Source: Bugula neritina (lineage: Eukaryota; Animalia; Bryozoa). From it: a DNA stretch of 64,000 nucleotides. A model generated the notes under the pieces. It was not told the origin of the DNA and searched no databases. It saw nothing but the letters and a program-made list of their open reading frames with translations. The position numbers and the translations under genes were made by a program. The DNA is taken from positions 29,156,628-29,220,627 of the forward strand of contig OZ037767.1 of NCBI GenBank assembly GCA_964035545.1, in the 5' to 3' direction. Shown here piece after piece: positions 39,145 to 51,100 of the stretch (within the stretch, counting starts at the first letter, position 1; every line of letters begins with the position of its first letter).

Positions 39145-41015
39145 ATGGACTACGATGATGCTGATCACGACGGGTCTTCACCTACCACAAAATTAGAAGT
39201 TGTAACTATTTACCGCCCTACTCGAGTTAGTAACGGTACAAGTATAACTATGAGTATGGAGTTTGCATTAAGTTTGGCTGTTAGCTTAGATATTAAATAA
39301 AGTAATTATTAACATTACTATAATATTAATTGTGAGTATTAGAGTTGGTGTTTAACTTCAAGTTTATGCTCATTGTCACTCAATCTCATACTCACAGTTA
39401 TAGTTTTATTAGTTATTAGTTATTACCAATTATTATTAGCAATACTAATACTAATCCACTAATAATGAATTACTATTAGAATTACTAATTTTATTACTAT
39501 TAGTAGTATTAGTAGATTTACTTATCATCAAGGTTGAACTTATGTATAACACTGAATACTAATAATGGTAAGTAATATAATTGTAATTTGTCAGCAAATA
39601 AGCTTTAGTTTTATAAACTGTGATCAAATAATAAAAATTAATTTTTTAAACAAAACATGCATGGGCATTAAAGAATGTTTATTGCTGTTACTAATAGTCT
39701 TAAAATAATGTTATTGCAGGTAGTTGCAGCTGTATGCTGCTTTATTGTCACTCTGTTAATGATAATATCAATATGCCCGACTGACTGGGTGGATACCATG
39801 GAGACAGCAGGCTCTATTGTCAAACAAAAGGAAGGATTATTTAGAAAGTGTAATGCAAGTAATGTAGCCGACAAGACATTGCCTCAGGACCTGCAGGGAT
39901 GTTCTAATCAAGAAAAGGGTACTCTGCCAAAAACAACCTCTACTTGCTTTCTTATTTTTAATGAAATTTTAAATTGTTTTACCTTTTGCAGCTACCACAA
40001 GTCTAAATTTTAAACATGATGGTGTAGAGCATAGAAACTATGCTAAAGCCATTATAAGTTTCTACTACTCAAATTCTTAAAGAATATGTAGACTATATTG
40101 TGTCTCAATGCTTCACTGCATCAAAATAAAACACTTATGATGTTTGTTTGAAATTATGCAATGCAAGCTTATCTGCCAGCAGGTATAATAGAAAGCAGTC
40201 TGAGCCAAGCATAAAGCATTCAGTCTTTGTATGTTTCAGCTTTTATGAAGGGAGTAGCTGCTCTGATAATCATCAGCTGGCTTCTCACACTGACTGCCGG
40301 TTCTCTCATATCTTATGGCATGTTTAGTCAGTTAGATGAGCTGAAAGTGATTGTGTACAGAGTTTCCATGATTCTCCTCTCTATTACAGGTTGGTTTCCA
40401 CTTTCTTATTCTCAAAACTGTGTCAGTATTTTGGCATTTATTTTATTCGCTTTTTGCTGGCTTATTATTTTACATGTGCTATGAAGCTGTAGACATGCAG
40501 GTAAATGTTGGCTATAAAATTATCACAAATCTTAATACCGTGCTCCCTCTGTATCTCACTAAGCTGTGCGTTCCAAAATCTCAAAATTTTATAACAGTAG
40601 AATATCATATTTAACTCACAGATCTGTTAAATTCGGCCATTTTATCTTTATACACACATAAATGAGCCATAAAATAGGGTCCAAGTCTCTAAATCCGTGA
40701 GATGTGGAGGGAGCACTGTATTAAATTGTTTTGGAGCGACTGACACGCTCATCACATGCTTGCATGTGGCTATACAACTGACTTGCTTACTATGTGCTTG
40801 CAGGTGTTCTTCTGCTTATCTCCCTTATTACCTTTCCTGTCATGGTGAGCAAAGCCTTGAACTCTAGCCTTAGGGAGACAACTTGGCATGTAGGGTGGGC
40901 GTATATGCTAGACTGGGGATCTCTTGTTATTGTAATTTTTGCCATCATTCTACTGGTCGCTGACAGAAATCCTGACGAGACTTCGGTCATGGAGAAAGTT
41001 GTGAGATCTCAGTAA
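39145..41015 (+). CDS. TMEM47: TMEM47/VAB-9-like tetraspan (PMP22/claudin superfamily). Exons 39145-39225, 39720-39918, 40240-40389, 40804-41015
   Basis: 'EVVTIYRPTR|VVAAVCCFIVTLLMIISICPTDW' matches the invertebrate TMEM47 N-terminus. W..GLF..C..C first loop, four TM segments and 'GWAYMLDW'. Confidence 0.8.
40538..40718. mobile_element. Tc1/mariner-type MITE (181 bp) in TMEM47 intron 3
   Basis: TIR CCGTGCTCCCTCTGTATCTCAC versus reverse complement of the right end CAGTGCTCCCTCCACATCTCAC. TA on both flanks. Confidence 0.75.
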
Positions 41016-41023
41016 ATCGCGTT

Positions 41024-41332
41024 ACAGTAGCATTGTCCATACACAATGTCAACTCTACCAAGTTCTCTCACAGTAGCATTGTCCATACACAACCTCAACT
41101 CTACCAAGTTCTCTCACAGTAGCATTGTCCATACACAATGTCAACTCTACCAAGTTCTCTCAGTAGCATTGCCCATACACAATCTCAACTCTACCAAGTT
41201 CTCTTACAGTAGCATTGTCCATACACAATGTCAACTCTACCAAGTTCTCTCAGTAGCATTGTCCATACACATTTTCAACTCTACCAAGTTCTCTTACAGT
41301 AGCATTGTCCATACACAATCTCAACTCTACCA
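41024..41332. repeat. 44-46-bp minisatellite x~7 starting just after the TMEM47 stop codon
   Basis: Unit CAGTAGCATTGTCCATACACAATGTCAACTCTACCAAGTTCTCT(CA). Confidence 0.95.
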
Positions 41333-42113
41333 CGCTAGCTCTAGTATGGCATGTTGATTTATTTTCAACAGTTAGTTTTTTTTACAATTCAGCTTGTTAC
41401 ACACATTATTCTTATCGTTTAGTAGTTTCTATACATTTGGAAATGCTTGTGCTTGTTTGAAATGAGCATGCTTATAATGTGCTTACATGTCCAACTTATA
41501 TTATTGACAGTTAAAATGTTAATGTTCTCTTTTTTATTTATTATAATTATTTTACTACTTCTACATATACCAACAGGTTTTGTTTAACCTACACATACCA
41601 GTTTGCATTTATTACATTGTATAGTATCTTTTACACATTTTACATGCTACAGTAATACCAGTTTGCATTTAAAACAACTGTACAGTTTTTTTGAAATACT
41701 TTAGTGATTTTTTTTCATGTTTATATTTTGTGCTTGTTGTATTTGCAGTGTATTGATTGCAGATATGGTGGAGAAGTGTTTACCATAGTTATCTGTTTTC
41801 TTTCTTTATCTTTTAATTTTAATACATTATAAATTCAAAACTTTAGCGTAAATGGTATTCACTACAGACAGCAATCAGCATCTAGTAAATTTTACGGTCA
41901 ATCATACAAAGAAAACTAGCTATCAATTGTGTTGTAATAAAATAAGATAAATTAATGACAAATAACATAATGTATGTTTTTACAGTAAGGTATGAACTGA
42001 TAATTATAGTAGATAGTTTGTAGCAACAAGTAGGTTAGTTAAAGCACCACGCTTCACCTCAACCAACCCGTAAAAAGCTGATGAGTTATATAGCACCACA
42101 ACTAAACTTGAAA

Positions 42114-45100
42114 CTAGCATTTTTCTGAGACGCCAGCAGATTTTACTAACAGTTTGAAGAGGTCAATTTCTTTCTGAAGAGCTTCGTAACTACTTGTCCT
42201 AACATTGCTGATGCATCCAGTAAATAGCTGACTGTGTAGCGCATCTACCATGGCTGGGTCTGGCACTCCCCCTGTAAACAGAGGTACTGTTTAGTAGTGC
42301 AGCAGCTAGCAAGATACAACACATGGGCAAACAACTATATATCAAAATACTGGTGACATTGATGTAATATTGTATATTGTATATTGTAATTCCAAAAGTT
42401 ATGACATTGCCAAAATAAACTTGTTACATCAGTATGGAGTTATTTATGTTTGTTATTATGCCAGTCATGGCTATTGAGCCCTCTCCACAATTTCTAGCTT
42501 GCAGGAAGACTGTCAAACACTACTTCAAACTTCTTGAATGTTCCTGATTGGTCACAAAGTGTTTTAAATAACTTGCCAATGTATATTAGCAAACCTTCCA
42601 TAAGTTTGTAGGGCAAGTTGGAAGTGTGCCCAATAAAGCTATATAAACTATTAGTTAGGAACTGAAGCTACTTTAAGTCACATACCAATGTAAACGTCTC
42701 CAGGAGCAGCTAAGTAAGAACTACGATGTGTGTCTGACATGGAGACCCCATCTACAGTGAGAGTTGCTTCCCCTTTAAGTCTATTGAATGAAACCTGATG
42801 TCTGTTGCCGTCATTGACTTTGACGTTGCTTCGAATTCGAGTAGGTGAGAGCAGCTTAGAGAGACGATAACTACAATTGTACAATTATCGTAAATTATGG
42901 CTTTAAAAGCTGCTTAAACAACGTATCGTATTATCAGGAAATAAAGTGAGGATAAAATAGATGCAGATTGTTGCTAGAGTTGTTTTTACTTTGATGTTTT
43001 GGGTTTATTCACAGATGAGTTATAGATGCAATGAGTATTAAATTTTGGCTGTTCATACTAAACCCCAAACCCCAAGTTAATTATGCCTGACTTGCCGAAA
43101 ATTTCCTAATGCAGGTTTGTCTTCATGCAATTTATAGTTTGCCTGAGCCTTATCACTATTTACTAAACCCTACAGTCTCCATCTTACCCCCTTTCTCCTG
43201 ACTACAGTGTGAAGTGTACCAATTTAAACATCCAAACTGTCAGGACTTGAACCTTTTACAAGACGTCAACAAGTACCTTAGTTCAACGTATCCACCTTGG
43301 AGAGCCAGAGCAATATATTCCGAGTCTGCCATAGTTGTGTCTTCTTTACCGCCATGATAAAACAGCAAACCTTTCTCTGATGTGGTGGTGATCTCAAAAG
43401 AAGCTCCACCTTTCCTCAACCAATTAGCAAATGAAGATTTGGGCAGCTGTATGTACCCTTTACCGTCAAATCTTGCAGAATAGCTGGAGCCAGTTACAGG
43501 TTCAACTACTACTTCTTCTACAGCTATAGAATGTTAAAAGTGAAATCACAGTTTAAAGAATTTTGATGGGAATTCTTAGGTATATGATTTGTATAAGGGT
43601 GAACCATGTATTGGCTCAGTGCAGGCAATGATAAGCTATGACTACATGGTAAATGGTAAATAATAAAAGGGGAATAAATGCTAATCAACGTATGCAGCTA
43701 CTGGTAACCAAAAAGCTCCGTACAAAGAGAGAGAACTAATAAAAGGGTTTATTTACCGTATGGCCCATCATTTTGCAAGGTTGAATAGAGGTCACCACGT
43801 GTAGGTAAAGGTCCATCTCCTATTAATTACAGGTTGACTGATGAGTGCTATACACAGGTTAGTGCGGGTCGGATGCTACAACTGCTACGGCTAGTATGGA
43901 AGGGTTATTCTACAGCTAACTATACAGGCTTTCTACAGTTGCCAATGCATTTGAAAGCTAAAAGTCAATGATCATGCCTTTGCCAATGCTGAATACCTAT
44001 TAGTATAGAACTTTTAGTGGCTTCAAGTTATCACGGATTGCAAGTTAGTAAAAAGTGAGAAAGTCTGGTCAAATGTTAATATACAAATTTTGAGAGCAGC
44101 TGCAGTTTAGTGGGTTAAAGGCAAGTTCATAGATCAGACCTGATCAACAGAGTAATTGGTGATGCCAGGAAGAACACTGAGTAATAGCTGCCAAAGTGCC
44201 CTCAAATCATATTGTCAGCACAGTTTGAGTCATAAGTCAGCAGTTACATAGTTTCGCAAAAAAATACCAAAATTTGAATAAAATCATAATCTTAAATGGG
44301 AGAAACATTCATAGAAGACAACATGAGGTCTTACAAAAGAAAAGCTGTTCCTTGACTTATTGCAAACTACAATGCAGCTTTGTAGTGTAGAGCCAAATAT
44401 CATGTAACCAAATATTAGACTAGTGTGGTATATAGAAAGCAAGAGCCAGCTTGGATGCTAATACCCATGTTTAGTGTATATAACGTGATGGAATTTGTGA
44501 TAACAAAATATAGATTCAATAGTTTTTTTAAAAGCTCTAAAATTTCAGTACAGATGGTGGAAAATTCTAAAAGAATTTTTCTTGAAAATTTTAGTTTCAA
44601 TCACCAAAACACAAAATATATCACCTCACCAATAACTTTTTAAATAAACTGGCCATCAATTTAATTGAAATTTGATTATTATAGAGTATATAGACTATGG
44701 AGTGGAGGTGGTTACAATTTCTGTAGACACTGCACTTCAGTAAGGGGAAAATTAATCAGCCATTCCTTTCGAAAGTCTTGTAAGTTTAGCACACACTTTC
44801 ATGCAAGTTTTTATGCTGATAAAACATCTAAACGAGAAGATACGATTTTAAAAGGGAATAGTAAAGGTTAAGATGGGTTAGTAGGCCCGCATACCTTGAT
44901 AGTTATAGGAACGGTAGCTGTTTTCCTGAGCAGAACTCCCTGAATTATCAAGAGAGTTGCTCAAGACAGGTGGCTGCCAGCTAACAAAACTGCCAGTAGC
45001 ACCTGATTGGCTGCTTCCAGCATAGGAATATCCTAATTGGCTGCTCCCAGAAGAAGAATATCCTGGGATGTAAGCCACCGGCTGTTCATACTTAATGACG

Positions 45101-48100
45101 GTGGGGTACTGCATAGATGGAGATAGGCTCCCTAATTAAATATAGGCATGCGGGATAAATAGAAAAGGGCATTAGTTATAGCTACTACAACTACGATAGA
45201 AAGAGATGATAGACAGAAAATATCTATTAAGGCGGAGAGATAGAAAAGCGCTAAGCCACAAGTATGTAATAAATCACTATGAGTCAATCACTAGATGGGT
45301 AGTGAGTCACTACTAGTCAGCTACTAAATGAGTAGTTTCACTAATAATGACTCATTTACGGCTACATCTGTAGTCACTGAGTTCATTTAGTTTAATCTCA
45401 TCAAATGCTCAACACAAAATGAAAAATCACATACTACTTGTAAGTGTGTAATTGGTGAATGAATAGAAAAATTTACGTGAAAACTTTAAAATGTACAAAA
45501 TTATTAATCGGTTTGAGTTACTCTTTGACAAAAAAGCTAGTAAAATATAAAATAAGAACACAATATACCTGTACTACCTCCACTTGAGCTAGATCCACTT
45601 ATAACTTCGCTTCCAGTGTAGCCACTACCACTAGAACCACTTATAACACTGCCCCCAGTGTAGCCGCTACCACTAGATCCACTTATAACTCCACCTCCAG
45701 TGTAGCCGCTACCACTAGAACCACTTATAACGCTGCCCCCAGTGTAGCCACTACCACTAGATCCACTTATAACTCCACCTCCAGTGTAGCCACTACTACC
45801 AGATCCACTTATAACACTGCCCCCAGTGTATCCTCCACCACTAGATCCACTTATAACTCCGCCTCCAGTGTAGCCGCTACCACTAGATCCACTTATAACT
45901 CCGCCTCCAGTGTATCCTCCACCACTAGATCCACTTATAACTCCGCTCCCAGTGTAGCCGCTACCACTAGATCCACTTATAACTCCGCCTCCAGTGTATC
46001 CTCCACCACTAGATCCACTTATAACTCCGCCCCCAGTGTAGCCGCTACCACTAGATCCACTTATAACTCCGCCTCCAGTGTATCCTCCACCACTAGATCC
46101 ACTTATAACTCCGCCTCCAGGGTAGATTCCACCACTAGATCCACTTATAACTCCGCCTCCAGTGTATCCTCCACCACTAGATCCCCCTACAATTGAATGT
46201 CATGCAGCTAACAGTAAAATGCAATAACAAATAATTATGAGGAGCAAAAAATCAACTTGATATTTTACCAGAAACAGCGCCTCCACTGATAACTCCACCT
46301 CCACTGATGACTCCGCCTCCGCTAATAACTCCGCCACCACTGATGACTCCGCCTCCACTGATGACTCCGCCTCCACTGATAACTCCGCTTCCACTACTAC
46401 CAGAAATACTAGAGCTGCCACCAGCTGAAAAAGCATGTACCATGTGGACAATAAAAGTAAGCATTTCCTATATTTTGTTCGAAAATGCATCAATGAGCAC
46501 ACCGAGGTCACGTGTGCTGCGAGTTTACAAGACTGCAATCTGCTCATAACTCATAAAAAGTTATGCAACAAGCAACTGCATTTTATTTATTAACATATTT
46601 TTAACTGACATGCATTATAGACCTGAAATGATCACATTTATCCAATTGTAAGCTCAAAGCAATTTTATCACCAGCTCTTCACTATTAAATAAAATAAAAT
46701 GACCAGTCAGAAGTTAACAGGATTACAGCCATTCAAGTGAAGAAAGTGAAAGAGAGGATAATTACAGTCAGCATAGTTTTGGCAGTAATTTGAAACCGTC
46801 TGTTCAAAGCAAACATCTTTTAATTTCCACTCAGTAAATTAAAATTTCTTAATCTCACTTGAAATATGTTTCAAAAACATATTTCCAAAACATGTTAACT
46901 TTCATTCATTCCATTATGACAGCCAATTTTAAAAGTTGACAGTTTTTTTTTCACTTCAACAAGTATTCATTAATTTAAAATAATATAACTTATAAGTGCA
47001 ACTATGGAAGCTGTGCAGTGTACATGTGAGCTCAGATATTATATGCGAGTGCTCGAACATTCACCAGTGTGCCTTAAATAATAATTGCTTGGTAACCTTC
47101 ACAAGTGCTAATAATTCTAACAAGCATTACCTGGCCCACCATATATCAACCAGTTGGAATAGTTTATACCTAGAGCAATAAAGGCATTTCATATTTGGAA
47201 CATAATGTCATGACATAATATTTAATCCATCAGACATTGGGTCTTCTTCTCATGAAAACTATACACATGGGGTACGTAGGCAAAACTATACACATGGGGT
47301 AAGTAGGCAAAACTATACACATGGAGTAAGGAGGCAAAAAAATCTGCTGCTCTGTTCAGTTTTTACAAAAAATAATGCTATTTATAGAAGCACAAGTTGT
47401 GAAAACATACGCAGTATTGGCCCTCAAAACAAAATATGTTTTATCCAGATTAGAAATCACAGACTACTTAACTCTATCAATAGTAAGATATTACATAATT
47501 GGAAAATCGAAAAAATAATCTACACACTAGAGATATGCGTGATACCATTTGATGAAAACACTTTTTATACAATTTATACAGACTGCTATAAAATAAGATA
47601 TCACAAACTTTCCTGGACTGTGAATAAATTGTAAACCAAAGTCACACTCTCCACTGAAAGTAAGTCTCACTATAGAGCAAAAGTAGGTCACATAATGCAG
47701 TGAAATTAGGTCACTTCACTAACCTGAGTCTCCCAGTGTCTTGCTTCTAAACAACTGTCCATTAACTATAAAACCATCTGCATGAATCATGATTGGATGG
47801 AAATCACTGTAACTGCCTCTTCCAAAGATCAGCTCAAAGTGTTTGGATATGAAGGAGTCCATGTTAACTATAGATCCCACTGCTTTTCCTTGACCTACAA
47901 ACCAGTATGATCATCTATAAACAGTTATCAAATATTTGTATCAAAGTGTATAGCTGACAAGACAAACATGTATTTTTCTTTAGCATAATGCAGTTTAGCT
48001 CATGAAAGATACTTATGCAAAAATTCTCACTATCACAGCTGAGTGAAGGCATGCCATCTGTTTTACAGTAGCAGTAGTGGCCCTGGAGAGTTCTGGCAGG

Positions 48101-51100
48101 TACACAGACACCCATAGATCCACATGTGTCATCTTTACACTTGGAGTCACTTGTCCTTTGAATACCGTGTGATGAACAGCGTCTGATGTCTTGCAGCTCA
48201 TCATTGACCTCCAGAACACTGATAGTTCCTGGAATATAGAATTATATGTATATCTAGTAACAAGATCTGATTGTTTTCTGCACAAAAGAACTTGTAACCT
48301 ATGCATGTAGTAGTCCAGATTAGGCAAACTGCTATTAATTTGTTTTTAAAACTCTTCAAAAAGTCAAAAATGTCTAAATTAACCACAAGTGAAATGGCAA
48401 ACTAAAACTTGAAAATTTATATGTTTTCAACAGATGAGGATACTAAAGTAGCATAATGTTCACTTGAATGCATGGAATTATCAAATAGTAAATTTTAAAG
48501 TATATTCTAGTTTCCATAGAGAAAATATTATGATTACAGAAACGTTGCCATTCAGTAACACCCACGGCGAAAATGGCAGTCTAAGACAATGTTATAAAAT
48601 CTAACCTATAAGGCCAATGGTTGCTGAGCTAGTTGAACCCATCAGCGACATGGATCCACGGGAAGAGATAGAGTAGCCATAGTTTCTGATGTCATACTCT
48701 GTTTGTGTTACAGCTGACGCACCATGACCAACTCGGTAGGCGACTGTTATAGAAATATGCAATATGAGAAACTGTCACACTGTAAAACAGTATACTTTGT
48801 TGTAGCAAAAGATACAGAAATATGAACTGATTGATATGCTACTGACCGTATTGTGGGCTGACTTCTACATAGATTGGAGTGAAGTCATCAATGGCGATGG
48901 TAGTTCTGATATTAATATTATATTCATTATTAATGCTGATGATTGGCTGATAGTTACGGAGAATAAGCTCAATTTTCACTCCTGTGTCACTCTCGTACAG
49001 GTAAATCAACCCTGGAAGTTCAACATACAGTAATTTAGGCATGTGATATGACATTATTAAGGCACACATTGGAGCAACAGCAAAGAAATGGCTGCAAAGC
49101 TAATCACAACGTTGTTAATACTAAAGCTCAATGCGCAATTGTAACAATATGTCTTTATGCTGATAGTCTCACACACTGAAGACAGCTTATCATATTTTTG
49201 AGTGTAGTAAGTTTCTGAATATGTGAAATATTTGATAGGAGTTAGTCTTACCGGTTCCAGTTTCAGGGTAAATAGAAATCTGTATTTTGATGGTTTGGCC
49301 TGCACCGCCATCAATTGCGCAGCTAGAGTACGCGTTCGACTGTGTGTATCCTGTTGGATGAACTGTATAAAAAAACCAATCAGCAATTGATTAAAGTCCC
49401 CCACCCTTTCAGCATACAACGTACCACAATACAACTTTCTAATAATATGGTATTATCAGCTAGCAGAGAAAACTGTTGAATGTAGTAGAACTTCTCCAAC
49501 AGTGTGAGTACACAGCAAATGGTAGTTGAAAAAGAAGTAAACTAAAAAGTGAATGCTGATTTTGGTAAAAGAATCAATGTTATCATTCATTTGCTTTAGA
49601 TATCACTTAGTAATTTAGTTTATTTAGTAACTAGTTTATTTTAGCTATTAGGTATTCGCTTATTGTTTGAATTAGTGTACTGCTACTGAGGCTTATCTGA
49701 GAGTAGCTAAGGGGGTGCTTGGTGTGAGGGTAGAGGGTGGAGGGTAGAGGTCTCGATGATAGACAGAGCTTAGGTAACTTTCACTGCCTTTTGGTATCAG
49801 AAAGTACAAGTAGAAAGTGTAGTGTTGAGTGTACCCTGTAGCCTCTGTGGTGTAGCCTAACAGTTAGCGCGCCTCCTTGCAAGTCAAAGGTCTAGGGTTT
49901 GAGTCCCACTAGGGGCAAAATTATTTTATAGAAAGGTTCACCTGTGACAAACACTCTATAGAGACCCGAGTCGTAGTAACCGGACAAGTCATTCTGTCTT
50001 TGTACCCGGCAAATGTAGTCATTGCTCTGAGCCAACAGAATATCATTCATCGTATAGATTGGCTCATCTCCCCTACAAGAAAACACACATACCTCTAGAC
50101 ACTAAAATCAGCTAACATAATACTGAGGCAATGCTTGCAGCGGAGTGAGTTGTACTAGTCACTTTTGCACATCGCAGAATAAACTTTTCAACAACCAGAC
50201 AATATATTATATTGGCTACTAATGAGAATAAAGGGCATAAGGCTACAAGACTTTCACACTACAATAAAATACAAAATTTTCAAGTTACTTTGAAACTTGA
50301 AAGGGTTTGAGAGTCTAACAACTTAAACCAATTTATATGAGATGCAAGCATAAAAAATATTGAATATTTGAACTGAAAATGCGCTTAAAACTTTCACTAG
50401 TGGAGCAGCAAAACAGAACTAAACTAGAATACATAAAATACCTCCACAAGAGAATACATACAAGAGTTGCTGGCCAGTTGTCCAGAAGAACTCCAGAGTA
50501 GGTTTACCAAAGGCAGCACACTCGAGCTTGTGGTCAGTTTCTGCTGTGACGGACTGCATACAGATGACATTACCATGAGTCTGGCAGCGAGGCAGCTCAA
50601 CGCTAGGCTCAGCTGTAGACAGCAAATATAGTTTAGGTATTTATTTATTTTAAAAATAAAACAAGGCTTTCAAAGGCTAACTCTTTTAGTGCCACTACCA
50701 GAAAGTTAGCATGCTTTTGTCAAGGTTCAACCAACTTTTAGAGCAGGGTATATAAAATGATATACACCGGTAATTCAAGCAACACAATAATAAAAACACT
50801 TGAAAAACTTTCTAGCAGGCTATTGCTATGAGCCACATAGGTATATGTTAAGTGCTTTTGTCAATGTGTGTGACCAAGCCTTGGATTGCATTCAGCCGTT
50901 TGAATGTCCAATGTTCAAATCTTATATAAGTATATACAAGAATTTGACGGATTATGAATACAAAATAGTAGTAACTCACTTTTAACTTCGATGTCTACTT
51001 GATCGGAGTCTCTCCCAATCCTATTGCTGACCTCGCACTGATAAGTTCCATCATGAAGTGTATCACTGAGCTTAGTAAAACTGAGTATACTTTCAGTGGA

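Noticed and set aside
46307-46549. Pro-rich plus-strand ORF (TPPPL repeats)
   Set aside because: Antisense of the Gly-rich exon; the splice signals support the minus strand.
49726-49750. G-rich GAGGGTA repeats as a G-quadruplex
   Set aside because: Only three closely spaced GGG runs; no further support.
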